A DNA stretch of 64,000 bases from Vicinamibacterales bacterium (GCA_040081265.1 JBEBGV010000005.1:40358-104357); one strand, 5' to 3'; positions 30,829-41,900 are shown, numbered from the stretch's first letter. Notes: generated from the sequence alone by a model not told the origin. Translations and numbers: made by a program.

Positions 30829-33069
30829 CTACTTCAGCCATGCGTAACTGACTTTGGCGAAGAGCGTCTGGCTGTCACTGGTCAACGGCCGCTCGTCGGT
30901 GGCGCTGGCGCCGCTCGACAGCCCGAAATAGAGGGCCGTCTGCGGGTTGATCTTGTAGGAAACGAGCAACTGGGCGAAGAGGTTGCGGCTGTCGTGCACC
31001 ACCGGGCTGGCGTAGAGCGCGGGATCGCGCCTCACAGTGGTGTATTGCAGGATCGTGCGGAACAACGTTCTGGCATCCCGCTGGTAAATCACTCTGAGTT
31101 CCGGCACCCGAGCCAGAAACAGTCGCCCGCCAGAGACCTCGAGCCAGTCGAAGATGTTGGTGTACTTCACCGCCAGATGGCGGCCGTAGTTCAGGTTCAC
31201 GAACGGGCGAACGGTTCGTTGATCGGCCGTCCGCGTGTGCGCGAAGTCGATCCAGTCTCCCCAGTTCGCATTGATGCCGAGCTGCAGATCGCGCGATGGT
31301 CGTATTTCGGCGTAGGCGCTCTGGAACACCTGGTCGAACCGCATTCCGTTGTAGACGCGGGTCCGGATGCCACCGCCGTACTGGACGTAGGATTCACGGC
31401 GGTTATTCATCGACAGGTAGCCCTCCCACTCCCGCTCGATCAGCGAATGGTTGCGCTCCTCGGTCTGATCGAAGTTTCCGCTGAGCTGGATGCGGTTGTA
31501 GAGCTGGGTGGGTCCGCCGTGCCAGGTTCGGCTCCCCCCGTACTCCCAGCGTCGGATGTTCACCTGTGTCATGAAGCCAAGGTCCGCACGGAAGTCCTTG
31601 CCGTAGTCGCGGAAGTTGGCGAACGCCTCCCAGTTGCGAACGCTGTGATTGAAGACGACGTCCACCGCTGAGGCCGCGCGCCTGGGGCCACTCTCCGCGG
31701 GGACGATCACGGCGTCATCTCTGGTCGCCGAGTACGCCAGGGTCGCGGTAACGCTGTCGGCGGCCGAAAACCGATGGCGCGAGTCTACGGCGACGACGCT
31801 GTTCGCATAGACACGGCCTCGCCGGTCGGTGACCATCGCGCCCACCGTTGAATTCCGTCCCACGTCGAAGCGGTAACGTCCGACAGTCGCCAGCGTCCCC
31901 TCGTCGAGTACGCGCGTTGTCGACCGTTGACTCTCCGGCAAGATGACCGCCGTGGTTTCGTCCCGCGCGGAGAAGAAGCCGAAAGCATGCGCGCCAATCT
32001 TCCCGCTGGCCTTGACCGCACCGGTCGGCTGCGCCACCTGGCGCGTATGCAGCAGGGTCATGCGCGAGGTGCGAAACAGATCAGCCCCCTCGAGGAAGAA
32101 TGGACGGGTCTCGTTGAAGAAGAGCGCGAACTGACTGTTCACGTCGAGCTGTACCGAGTCAGCCTCGACCTGAGAGAAGTCAGGGTTGACGGTGGCGTTG
32201 AGCGTGACGTTCGGCGTCACGCCCCACTTGATGGACAGTCCAAGGTCACCGTCGGTGCGAACGCTGGATCCATCGCGGAGGCTGCGCTGCGTTTCGGCGC
32301 GAACGGTCGTCACCGTGGGAACGACTTCGAGGTTCTGGCCAGGCCTGACGCCGGAAAACCCTGAGACTTTGGCTTCCTGGCCGAGATAGCTGTTCTCGCC
32401 GCGCACACGCGGAAAGAGGCCAATGTGGTGGCGGTCGCGCCGCGGGTAGCTGCGGATGCCGTCGATGCCCCACGTCTGCGCCCCGTCTGCCGCCTGGAAG
32501 CGCAGCTGCGTGAACGGAATCACCATCTCGACCTCGAAGCCTGTCGCCGTGACTCGACCTGCTGAACTCCAGATCGCATTCCAGTTGGAGTCTTCGTTGC
32601 CAGAGGTGTCGTCCATGAGCATGTCAGCCTGGACGCCGAGCGGGTTGGCAAAGAACTCGTAGGCGCGTCGTTCGTCGTTGAAGCTGTCTAGCGCCACGCC
32701 GACACAGTCGTCAGCGAAGATGTTGTCGCGGTCGGTGAATCTGGCACGAATCGAGGCAGGACTGTCGTCGTAGGCCCTGAACGCCACGTAGAGGTTGCGA
32801 TCGTCATGCGCCAGGAGCATCTCGGTCCGGACGGGCGGCGGAATATTCTCTCCAGGACGTACTTCGTAGCGCAGCTCGAGCGTCAGGGCACGCTGCCAGA
32901 GCTCCTCGGTGACGGTGCCGTCGAGTGAGATCGACGCAGTCGTCGCCGGAATTGGTGCCGGAATTCGTAATCGGCTGGTCGCCGCTGGTTCCTGTGCACC
33001 TGCCGGTACAGCTGCGGCGACAAAACCAGCAAGAGAACAGCACCTGAGAGCGTCTCGCATGCGCATCAC
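30829..33069 (-). CDS. CBM9-like domain plus DUF5916 outer-membrane beta-barrel protein
   Basis: ISLDG..EELW, NLYVAF.AYD, AYEFFANPLGVQAD, NPDFSQVEAD, ETRPFFLEG; C-terminal FAKVSYAW. Confidence 0.88.
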   Translation of the reverse strand: MMRMRDALRCCSLAGFVAAAVPAGAQEPAATSRLRIPAPIPATTASISLDGTVTEELWQRALTLELRYEVRPGENIPPPVRTEMLLAHDDRNLYVAFRAYDDSPASIRARFTDRDNIFADDCVGVALDSFNDERRAYEFFANPLGVQADMLMDDTSGNEDSNWNAIWSSAGRVTATGFEVEMVIPFTQLRFQAADGAQTWGIDGIRSYPRRDRHHIGLFPRVRGENSYLGQEAKVSGFSGVRPGQNLEVVPTVTTVRAETQRSLRDGSSVRTDGDLGLSIKWGVTPNVTLNATVNPDFSQVEADSVQLDVNSQFALFFNETRPFFLEGADLFRTSRMTLLHTRQVAQPTGAVKASGKIGAHAFGFFSARDETTAVILPESQRSTTRVLDEGTLATVGRYRFDVGRNSTVGAMVTDRRGRVYANSVVAVDSRHRFSAADSVTATLAYSATRDDAVIVPAESGPRRAASAVDVVFNHSVRNWEAFANFRDYGKDFRADLGFMTQVNIRRWEYGGSRTWHGGPTQLYNRIQLSGNFDQTEERNHSLIEREWEGYLSMNNRRESYVQYGGGIRTRVYNGMRFDQVFQSAYAEIRPSRDLQLGINANWGDWIDFAHTRTADQRTVRPFVNLNYGRHLAVKYTNIFDWLEVSGGRLFLARVPELRVIYQRDARTLFRTILQYTTVRRDPALYASPVVHDSRNLFAQLLVSYKINPQTALYFGLSSGASATDERPLTSDSQTLFAKVSYAWLK

Positions 33070-33157
33070 GGTTCCTCGGGTTCAAGGACGTTGCACTCGA
33101 CCGTCGGGTTCAACAGTGCTGAATACGGCTTGTTCGCTCCATGGCTACGAGCGACGT

Positions 33158-34153
33158 TCAGCGATGCCGCTGCAACTGACCCAGCGCCTGTGCCGCGCGC
33201 TCTCGCACGACGCTGTCCGCATCACCGAGCGCCTCGATGAGGGCCGCGGCCGCCCGCGGGTCGCCTATCTGTCCGAGCGTCATCGCCGTGCGATCACGGA
33301 CGTCGGGGTCGGGGTCCTCGAGCAGGGGCAGCAGCGCCGGAACGCCCGTGGCGTCGCGCACCATGCCGAGCGACATCACGGCTCGTTCCCGCACCTCAGG
33401 CGCTCGGTCGTTGAGCGCCGCCATCAGCGGGCGAACGCCCTCGGGGTCCCGCCGCCGCCCGAGTGCAGCGGCGGCCTGGACACGAACGAGGACGTCACCA
33501 TCGCCCAGTGCCGCGATGAGGGCGGCCATGACGGGTTCGCCACGCATGGAGCCGAGCGACTGCACGGCACGGGCGCGGACCACCGGCTCGCTGTCCTTGA
33601 TCAGCGACACCAGGGCGGGGGCCACGGCGGCCCCTTCCTTCCCGCGAAGGGCCGAGGCGGCTTCCCCGCGCACGAGCGCGTCGGAGTCCCTGGTAGCCGA
33701 GACCAGGGCTCCGACGCTTCGTACATCGCGGACGGCCGCAAGTCCGCGAAGCGCGTGACGCCTGACATCACGATTAGCGTTGCCGGCCCCTTGAACCAGA
33801 GCGTCCAGCGCCGCCGGTCCGATCGAGCCCAGGGCCTTCCCGGCCTCGTAGCCCGGTGAGGTGCGAGGCGGACCATTCGACAGACCAAACTCGCCGTCGA
33901 ACCAGGCGCACGGAGCACTCACCGGCGTGGCGTCAGCGAGCAGGCGCGTCAGCGCCGGGATCGCCGACGCCGCACGTCGTGCCTTCTGCCTGAGTGCGCA
34001 GGCCGCAGCGGCGCGGTTGTCGGCCTCGCCGGCCGACAGTTGGCTGACGAGCTCGGCGATACCGGCCGGCGTGCTTCGAGGCCCCTGAACCTGCGCCGAG
34101 ATTGACGCGCACACGATCGCAACCGCCGCGCACACGTAGAGCGTCGAGCGCAT
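33158..34153 (-). CDS. Secreted HEAT-repeat protein
   Basis: ATG 34153 with GGAGG RBS; signal peptide; about nine L..AL.D....VR..AA.ALG repeats. Confidence 0.85.
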   Translation of the reverse strand: MRSTLYVCAAVAIVCASISAQVQGPRSTPAGIAELVSQLSAGEADNRAAAACALRQKARRAASAIPALTRLLADATPVSAPCAWFDGEFGLSNGPPRTSPGYEAGKALGSIGPAALDALVQGAGNANRDVRRHALRGLAAVRDVRSVGALVSATRDSDALVRGEAASALRGKEGAAVAPALVSLIKDSEPVVRARAVQSLGSMRGEPVMAALIAALGDGDVLVRVQAAAALGRRRDPEGVRPLMAALNDRAPEVRERAVMSLGMVRDATGVPALLPLLEDPDPDVRDRTAMTLGQIGDPRAAAALIEALGDADSVVRERAAQALGQLQRHR

Positions 34154-34167
34154 GACTGCCCTCCAGC

Positions 34168-34189
34168 GGCGGGTCCCCTCGGACCCGCC
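34168..34189. repeat. REP-like hairpin
   Basis: GGCGGGTCC-CCTC-GGACCCGCC; stem identical to 60992-61013. Confidence 0.7.
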
Positions 34190-34217
34190 CTGTATGAATT
34201 GTTGAATCGCCTGGGAA

Positions 34218-36446
34218 TCAGCGCCGGGGCGCAGGTGGAGCCGGTGCCGGCTCCGGTACCGGGGCCACATCGAACCTGTTCAGGTCGCGCATCGCGCGCT
34301 CGACGTCACGTCGGGCGTCTTCGGCGAACTCGCGCGCGCGCGCCGCCATCTCGCGAATCTGGTCCTGGTCGACCAGTGCTCGGGGCGGCAGCGGTGGCGC
34401 CGGTGGCACCGGGACGCCAGGTCGAACGCCACGTCGCTGCCCGCGAGCAATCTGCCCCAGGGCGCGCGCGGCTTGCTCGCGCACGGACGGCTCGGCGTCC
34501 TTGAGTGCGGCGGTCAACGCGTCGATGGCACGGGGATCAGCAATGCTCCCGAGCGAGGAGGCGGCTCGTTCCCGTACGTCTCGGGACGGGTCTTTCAGAA
34601 GCGCACTCAGCGCCGGGACGGCATTCGCGTTTCCAATCTGCCCGAGCGCACGAGCTGCCTGCTCGCGGACGTCCGCGTTGTCGTCCTTCAACAGGGCGGA
34701 GAACGCCTCGAGGTACTTCGGATCGCTCAGACGCCCGCGGCTGAGCAATGCAGCCAGATGACGCGCAGCCTGCTCCCGCACCTCGGGACTGCGATCCTTC
34801 AGTGCTATCAGCATGCCGTCTGCCGCGGGTGCCGAGTCGAACTGGACGAGCGCGCCCAGGGCCCGCATGCGCACCTCGGCTGTCGGGTCACTCAGGGCAC
34901 GAACCAGTCCGGGGATAGCGCGCTCATCGCGCATCGACGCGAGCGACGACAGGGCTTCCTGACGCACCTGAGGATTGTCGTCGTTCAACGCCGTCAGAAG
35001 CGCGTCGGCCACTCGCTTGCGTGTCTCGTCGCTGACGGCGGGGTTGCCCTGCGCGGCGCTGACCGGCTGCGCCAGCAACCACTTCGCGTTCCTGGTGGCA
35101 TCCTTGAACACCTTGCTCACCAGAATCGAGTCGTGCCCGAAGGCGCCCGCCGGGATGGCATCGCCGAAGCGAAGTCCCGGCGAGGGAACCAGCAAATCTA
35201 CGTCAGCCAGATCGCCGTGCACGACCTCAACGCTGGCAGCACCGAGGGCCGCATCGACTCGGTCGGCCGGACTCTCCGCAGGCGCGGGGGTCGGAGCCTC
35301 GAAAGCCAACTCGGGCGTGGCCTCGACACCCTGCACCGACGTCGCATCGAGCGCGGGGCCCGACTGCGCGGCCAGGCGCAGGGCGCCGAAGGGCACGGCC
35401 ACGACGAGCGTGCCGACCACCAGCGCGGTCCGCAGCGCCGCCGACGGCGCACAGCGAACCCGCGCCTCGTCGAGAATCGCCAGCATTCGACCCTCGAGCT
35501 GTGACGGCCGCGCCATCGACATCGCCACCCAGTTCGGGAACGAGGCCGCTCTGAAGCTGCGTGCGATTTCAAACAGGTGATCCGCGTACGAGCGCGCGTC
35601 TGTGCCCACCGCCAGCACGATGTCGTCGCACGCACGTTCCTGCTCGGCACGCAGGCTGGACAGGGCCAGATGGGCCGCCGGATTGAACCAGTGCATGGCA
35701 CACGCGCACTGCGCCAGCGCCTGAATGAGGCAGTCCCGTCGTTTGACGTGCGCCAGCTCGTGCTGAAGGACGACGCGCCGACGTTCCTCCGGCCAGTCGA
35801 TAGCCGACAGCGGCAACAACACCACAGCTTTCCAGATTCCGGTCGCCATGGGCACCGCGGCCCTTTCACTCACCTTCAGCCCGACGCGGCGCGTCAGGCC
35901 GAGGGCCATCGAGGCCTCGTCCAGAGAGTCGAGCCATCCCGTGTGGGGAAGGTCGGCCGCACGTCTCACCGTCAGCGCAGCCCACGCCACGCCGAGCACG
36001 AGACGGAGCAACATGAACGCCACGCCAGCCAGCCACACGCGCACGACGAGCGCCCCCCAAGACACCGACGCCGATGGCATCGCCCCCCCGGCCCCGTCGT
36101 CTGAACCGGCCGGCGCGGCAGCCGCGGACTCCCTCGCGCCGGACAGTTCGACTGCGGTCGAAGACGCGACTCGCTCGCGCAGCCCAGCTATCGCGGTGAC
36201 GGGCGCTGGCGCGACGACAGCGTGAGAAAACGCGGCTGGCACTGCCGCGGGAGGCAGCACCGCCAGCGTCCACGCCGGACCTGCAATGTGCATCAGAGGA
36301 ACGGTGAGTGCGGCGACCAGGGCGAGTACCCAGACCAGATGGCGGGCCGCGGCCGAGGTGTGCGCCATCAAGCGGGTCAGGCCCCAGCCGGCCAGCAGGA
36401 CCAACGTGGCCTTGGCAGCGATCTGCACGAGAAGTGTGGCCGTCAT
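34218..36446 (-). CDS. BlaR1-like M56 metallopeptidase with C-terminal HEAT repeats
   Basis: AAARHLVW, HELAHVKRRD, HWFNP, ERACDD, a TM helix, then six HEAT repeats and a Pro-rich tail. Confidence 0.9.
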   Translation of the reverse strand: MTATLLVQIAAKATLVLLAGWGLTRLMAHTSAAARHLVWVLALVAALTVPLMHIAGPAWTLAVLPPAAVPAAFSHAVVAPAPVTAIAGLRERVASSTAVELSGARESAAAAPAGSDDGAGGAMPSASVSWGALVVRVWLAGVAFMLLRLVLGVAWAALTVRRAADLPHTGWLDSLDEASMALGLTRRVGLKVSERAAVPMATGIWKAVVLLPLSAIDWPEERRRVVLQHELAHVKRRDCLIQALAQCACAMHWFNPAAHLALSSLRAEQERACDDIVLAVGTDARSYADHLFEIARSFRAASFPNWVAMSMARPSQLEGRMLAILDEARVRCAPSAALRTALVVGTLVVAVPFGALRLAAQSGPALDATSVQGVEATPELAFEAPTPAPAESPADRVDAALGAASVEVVHGDLADVDLLVPSPGLRFGDAIPAGAFGHDSILVSKVFKDATRNAKWLLAQPVSAAQGNPAVSDETRKRVADALLTALNDDNPQVRQEALSSLASMRDERAIPGLVRALSDPTAEVRMRALGALVQFDSAPAADGMLIALKDRSPEVREQAARHLAALLSRGRLSDPKYLEAFSALLKDDNADVREQAARALGQIGNANAVPALSALLKDPSRDVRERAASSLGSIADPRAIDALTAALKDAEPSVREQAARALGQIARGQRRGVRPGVPVPPAPPLPPRALVDQDQIREMAARAREFAEDARRDVERAMRDLNRFDVAPVPEPAPAPPAPRR

Positions 36447-36835
36447 TACTTGCCGTCCTTTCCAGCGTTGTCGATGAGTCGCTTGAGCCGGGCGAGTTCC
36501 TCGTCGCCGAGCTCCCGGGGTGACATCTCGAACAGGGCGGCCATTACCTGGGCAGCCGACCCGTCGAAGAAGGTGTTCACAACGTGCTTGAGGGCCGAGC
36601 GCTTGGCGCGGTCGCGCCCGACCGTCGGCATATAGACGTAGCGGAGGCCATCGAGGTCGTGCCTGACGTGTCCCTTGTCTTCGAGGATGCGCAGCATCGC
36701 GCGCACGGCCGAGTAGCTTGGCGGATCGGGAAGGGCGGCCTGTACGTCTGCGGCGGTCGCCTTGCCGGCCTTGTAGAGAAGGTCAAGAATCTGACGCTCG
36801 CGTCGACTGAGCTGGGCGGATTGGGTCTGAGCCAT
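36446..36835 (-). CDS. BlaI/MecI/CopY-family repressor (copy 2)
   Basis: LSRRERQIL, PPSYSAVRAMLRILEDKG, TFFDGS; stop overlaps M56 start (TAATG). Confidence 0.92.
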   Translation of the reverse strand: MAQTQSAQLSRRERQILDLLYKAGKATAADVQAALPDPPSYSAVRAMLRILEDKGHVRHDLDGLRYVYMPTVGRDRAKRSALKHVVNTFFDGSAAQVMAALFEMSPRELGDEELARLKRLIDNAGKDGK

Positions 36836-36851
36836 TGCGTTCCAGTGCTCC

Positions 36852-36898
36852 TGCTAAGAAACTAGCAGATGCTAAATACCTAGCACCATGTCTGTCAA
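36852..36898 (-). promoter_or_regulatory. Sigma70 promoter with two palindromic operators
   Basis: TTGACA (36898-36893), 18 bp, TAGCAT (36874-36869); TGCTA-N6-TAGCA at 36852-36867 and 36870-36885. Confidence 0.8.
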
Positions 36899-37004
36899 GC
36901 ACAAATCTCATCGCCGCCGGCGGCCGGCCTCGATCACCGTCCTGAGCAATACCTGCGCTGGCAGGAACGGTTACACTGCTCGCCCAAACACGTCGCCGCG
37001 CCGC

Positions 37005-37802
37005 ATGAAACACCCTGCTTGCCGCATCGGTCTCCTCCTGCTGCTCGCCTGTGCCGTCGCCTGTGGCTCACCAGGACGATCTGCCCGCCCACCCGAGACA
37101 TGGGTCGATGCTCAAACGGGCCTGGCGTTCCGTCTGATCGCGCCAGGGACGTTCACGATGGGTTCGCCACTCGATGAACCTGGTCGGGAGTCTCAGGAAT
37201 TCGAGCACACGGTACGCATCACACGACCCTATTGGCTGGGGACGACCGAGGTGACACAGCGCGCATGGTGGGCGGTGATGAAGAGCAACCCGAGCTGGTT
37301 CAGAGATCGCGGTGAGGATCACCCGATCGAGAACGTCACGTGGCATGAGGTCAACGCCTTCATCGCTCGCCTGAACGCGCAGACACCTGGCGGGGGCTTC
37401 CGGCTCCCCACCGAAGCGGAGTGGGAGTTTGCATGCCGAGCCGGTGCCAGCGCGCCGTATTCACACCGATCGACGCTGACGCACGCCGACGCCAACTTCG
37501 CCCGTTCGCCTGAGAGTGCCGTCGCCGGAGGCGGCGCACCGGTGGCGGTCGCCTCGTTCCCGCCCAACGCCTGGGGGCTCCATGACATGCACGGTAACGT
37601 CTGGGAATGGACCTCAGACGAGCATTGCCCGTATCCCGGCGTTGAGGCGTCTGACCCGGTCGGGGCATGCGCGTCACCACTGAAAGTCATTCGTGGTGGC
37701 AGCTTCTACTTCGGCGCCGACAGTGCGCGCTGCGCCTTGCGCTACACCCACCGGCCGCAGGACCGCGGGTTCAGCCTCGGTTTCAGGCTCGCCCGCGACT
37801 GA
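37005..37802 (+). CDS. Formylglycine-generating-enzyme (SUMF1) family lipoprotein
   Basis: GTFTMGS, TEVTQ, RLPTEAEWEFACR, NAWGLHDMHGNVWEW, RGGSF, GFRLAR; lipobox AVAC. Confidence 0.9.
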   Translation: MKHPACRIGLLLLLACAVACGSPGRSARPPETWVDAQTGLAFRLIAPGTFTMGSPLDEPGRESQEFEHTVRITRPYWLGTTEVTQRAWWAVMKSNPSWFRDRGEDHPIENVTWHEVNAFIARLNAQTPGGGFRLPTEAEWEFACRAGASAPYSHRSTLTHADANFARSPESAVAGGGAPVAVASFPPNAWGLHDMHGNVWEWTSDEHCPYPGVEASDPVGACASPLKVIRGGSFYFGADSARCALRYTHRPQDRGFSLGFRLARD

Positions 37803-37875
37803 CGTTCTCAGTTATAGTGAATTATTCCTCACCCGCCTCAGGCACTGGGCCCGGGGCCGCCTCGGGAACACTCCA

Positions 37876-38964
37876 ATGATTCTTCGTGACCGTGTTGCGT
37901 ATTGTGCGTTGGCCGCCGCCGTGGTTTCGGCGTGCGGAGGCAGTCCGAACGCTGGCGCCCCTGCAGGTGGTGCGGCATTTCCTCCGATGGACGTCATGTC
38001 CATCACCCTGGCCCTCAAACCGGTGGCGCAGACCTCGGAATACGTCGCCACGATCCGGTCGCTGCGGTCGACGACGATTCAACCTCAGGTTGAAGGCACG
38101 GTCCGTCAGATCTTCGTCAAGGCTGGCGACAGCGTCCGCGCCGGTCAGCCGCTCATCCAGATCGACCCGGACAAGCAGCAGGCCACCGTCACCACGACTG
38201 AATCGACGCGCGTGGCACGCGAAGCGGACCTGGCGTACGCCACCCAGCAGCTCGCCCGGATGCAGAAGCTCTTCGATGCCGGCGCAGTGAGCCGCGCGGA
38301 ACTCGAGCAGGCCGAGACGGCCGCCAAGACTGCGCGCGCCCAGCTGGATACTGTGGCGGCGCAGATTCGCGAGAGCCAGGTCGAACTGCAGTACTACCGC
38401 GTCACCGCCCCTTCCGACGGCATCGTGGGCGAGATCAGCATCCGGGCCGGAGATCGTGTCACCTCGTCGACGCCCATCACCACGATCGACCAGGCACAGG
38501 GCCTCGAGGCCTATATCAACGTGCCGCTCGAACGTGCGGCACAGCTCCGCCAGGGACTGACGGTCGAACTGGTCGACCCGAACGGAGAGGTGATCTCGAG
38601 CGATCCGGTGACATTCATCGCCCCGCGCGCCGACGATGCGACGCAGTCGGTGCTGGTCAAGGCCACGCTGCGCCGCCCTCCGACCACCATTCGCGTGATG
38701 CAGTACGTGCGCGCCCGGCTGATCTGGAGCAACGAAGCCCGCCTGACCGTTCCGGTCGTCGCCCTCAATCGCGTCAACGGTCAGTACTTTGTCTTCGTGG
38801 TGGAATCTGGTGACAAGGGACAGGTCGCTCGCCAGAAGCCGGTGAGCGTCGGCGAGGTGATCGGGGATGAGTACGTCGTCGTGGGCGGGCTCGCCGCGGG
38901 AGACCGTGTCATCGTGTCGAACCTGCAGAAACTCGGCGATGGCGCACCCGTGAAGGCGTCCTAA
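37876..38964 (+). CDS. Efflux RND periplasmic adaptor lipoprotein
   Basis: Lipobox VSAC; IQPQVEG..VKAGDSVRAGQPL; APSDGIVG. Confidence 0.92.
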   Translation: MILRDRVAYCALAAAVVSACGGSPNAGAPAGGAAFPPMDVMSITLALKPVAQTSEYVATIRSLRSTTIQPQVEGTVRQIFVKAGDSVRAGQPLIQIDPDKQQATVTTTESTRVAREADLAYATQQLARMQKLFDAGAVSRAELEQAETAAKTARAQLDTVAAQIRESQVELQYYRVTAPSDGIVGEISIRAGDRVTSSTPITTIDQAQGLEAYINVPLERAAQLRQGLTVELVDPNGEVISSDPVTFIAPRADDATQSVLVKATLRRPPTTIRVMQYVRARLIWSNEARLTVPVVALNRVNGQYFVFVVESGDKGQVARQKPVSVGEVIGDEYVVVGGLAAGDRVIVSNLQKLGDGAPVKAS

Positions 38965-38976
38965 GGTCCCGCTGAC

Positions 38977-41900
38977 ATGTTTGTCGATACCTTCATCTCG
39001 CGTCCGATCCTCGCCACCGTCTGCTCCCTCGTGCTCGTTCTGGCGGGCGCGCTCGCCATCCCGTCGATGCCCGTGGCGCAGTACCCCGACGTCGCGCCTC
39101 CGACCGTCGCGGTGACGGCGGTCTATATCGGGGCGAACGCCGAGACCGTTGAAACCTCGGTGACGACCCCGCTCGAGCAGGCCATCAACGGTGTGGAGGG
39201 CATGCTCTACATGTCGTCCTCGAGCACGAACAGCGGCTTCAGCTCGATCACGGTGACCTTCGACCCATCGCGGAATGCGGACCTCGCCGCCGTTGACGTG
39301 CAGAACCGCGTCAATCAGGCGCTCGGTCGCCTGCCGGCCGAGGTACGCCAGATTGGCGTCACGGTGGCCAAGGCCAGCAACAACTTCCTGCTCGCGGCAG
39401 GGGTCTACTCCGAGAAGGGTGAGTACGACTCACTCTTCATGTCGAACTACATCGACGTCTATGTGAAGGACTCGCTCAAGCGCCTTCCAGGTGTCGCCGA
39501 CGTCGTCATCTTCGGCGAGCGCAAGTACTCGATGCGCCTGTGGCTCGACCCGACACGCCTGGCCGCGCGCAGCATCACCGCCGGGGACGTGGTCAGTGCG
39601 CTGCGCGAACAGAACGTCAACGTCGCCGCCGGCAGCGTCGGCGATTCGCCGGCCCGCGACGGTCAGACCTATCAGATCAGCGTCCGCGCGGCCGGTCGTC
39701 TGCGCGAACGCGCCGACTTCGAGAACATCATCGTCAAGGCCGGTCGAGACGGCGCGCTGGTGCGGCTGCGCGACATCGGCACAGCGGAGCTGGGCGCCGA
39801 AGCGTACTCGTCGGTGCTGCGGTTTCAGGGCATTGAAGCCGTGGGCTTCGCCGTGACTCCCCTGCCATCGGCCAACGCCCTCGACGTGCGCTCGAGCGTG
39901 GGAGCTGAGCTCGATCGGCTGGCGCAGAGTTTCCCTCCGGGATTGAAGGTCAACATCGCCTACGACACGACCACCGTCGTCCAGGAGTCGATCGTCGAGG
40001 TGTTGTGGACACTCGCCGAGGCCGTCGGCCTGGTCGTCCTGGTCATGTTCCTGTTCCTCCAGAGCTGGCGCGCCACGCTGATTCCGGCGCTGACCATGCC
40101 GGTGTCACTCATCGGTGCGTTCGCCTTCGTCAATCTGCTCGGTTTCTCGATCAACACCTTGACGCTCTTTGCGATCGTGCTGGCGACCGGCATCGTCGTC
40201 GACGATGCGATTGTCGTGATCGAGAACATCGAACGTCACATTCAGGACTACAAGAAGAGCGCGACGCAGGCGGCCTCCGATGCCATGAAGGAGGTGCTGG
40301 GGGCGGTCATCGCCACGGCCATCGTCCTGATCGCCGTGTTCGTACCGGTCGCATTTTTCCCCGGTACGACCGGACGCCTGTATCAGCAGTTCGCCTTGAC
40401 CATCGCCTTTGCCGTCGCCATTTCGGCGTTCAACGCGCTGACGCTGACCCCGGCGCTGTCGGCGCTGCTGCTGCGGCACTCGACGCTCGGCAAGGGCTGG
40501 TTCTTCGGCGGCGTCGAACGTGTCATCAACGGGGGCACGGCGGTGTACGTGCGAGTCATCACCGGCCTGATGCGAGTGCGCTGGGCGATGGCGGTGCTGT
40601 TCTTTGGCCTGCTCGGACTGACGTATGTCGTGTATCTGCGGGTGCCCCAGGCGTTTGTGCCCGAGGAAGACGCCGGGTACTTCATCTCGATCATCCAGGC
40701 GCCCGCCGGCGCGTCCCTCGAATACACGACCAACGTCATGAAGGAGGCCGAGCAGGTGATGATGGCCACTCCCGAAGTGGCCACGGTGTTCTCCATCGCC
40801 GGGTTCAGCTTCAGCGGCGCCGCGCCCAACCAGGGGCTGATCTTCACGCTGCTCAAGCCCTTTGACGAGCGTGAGGGCGCAGAGCATCGGCTCGGGGGCA
40901 TCCTCGGCCGACTGCGCGGGCAGCTCTTTGGCATCCAGTCGGGCCTGGTGATTCCCTTCGCCCCGCCGTCGATCAACGGCCTCGGCAACTTTGGCGGCTT
41001 CGCGATGCAGGTGCTCGATCAGGGCGGCGCCACCAACATCCAGAACCTGGGCGCGGCCACCGGCGCGCTGATTGGCGCCTCGATGCAGTCGACCCAGGTC
41101 GCGGGACTCTTCAGCGCCTTCACCGCCAACGACCCGCAGCTGGCCGTGGACATCGATCGCGACAAGGCGCAGAGCCTCGGCCTGCCCATCAGCGAGATCA
41201 CAAGCGCGCTCCAGATTTATCTGGGCTCTGCCTACGTCAACGACTTCGATTTCAACAATCGGGCGTATCGCGTCTACGTGCAGGCCGACAAGGCCTACCG
41301 ATCGGACCCGCGTGACCTCGGCCAGTACTACGCCAGGGCGACAGGCGGCCAGATGCTGCCGCTCTCGAGCGTGGTGCGCGTGCGCGAGACGACGTCGCCC
41401 CAGGTGATCAGCCACTTCAACCTGTTCCGCTCCGCTGAAATCAACGGCGCGGCGATGCCCGGGGTCAGCTCAGGGCAGGCGCTGCAGGAGATGGAACGAC
41501 TTGCCGACACGTCGCTGCCCCAGGGCTTCGGCTATGCCTGGTCAGGCATCTCGCTCGAGGAAATCAAAGCCGGCAGTCAGTCCGTGGCCATCTTCGGCAT
41601 CGGCATCCTCCTCGTGTACCTCACACTGGCGGCGCAGTATGAGTCCCTGGTGCTGCCGTTCATCGTGCTCCTGGGCGTGCCCCTGGCCGTACTGGGCGCG
41701 CTCTCCGCGCAGTGGGCCCGCGGCCTGCAGAATGACCTCTACTGTCAGATTGGGCTGGTCATGCTCGTCGGCCTCGCCGCCAAGAACTCGATTCTGATCG
41801 TCGAGTTCGCTGAACAGCTGCGCGCCAGGGGATTTGGGGTCGTGGAGGCCGCCATTGAGGCGGCCCGCATCCGACTGCGACCGATTCTGATGACCTCGCT

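Noticed and set aside
29794-31671. Long plus-strand ORFs (200 and 410 aa) and similar antisense ORFs throughout the window
   Set aside because: Expected in high-GC DNA opposite real genes; no motifs.
33124-33150. Possible ECF promoter (GTAGC-N16-CGTA) upstream of the DUF5916 gene
   Set aside because: The -35 match is too weak to support.
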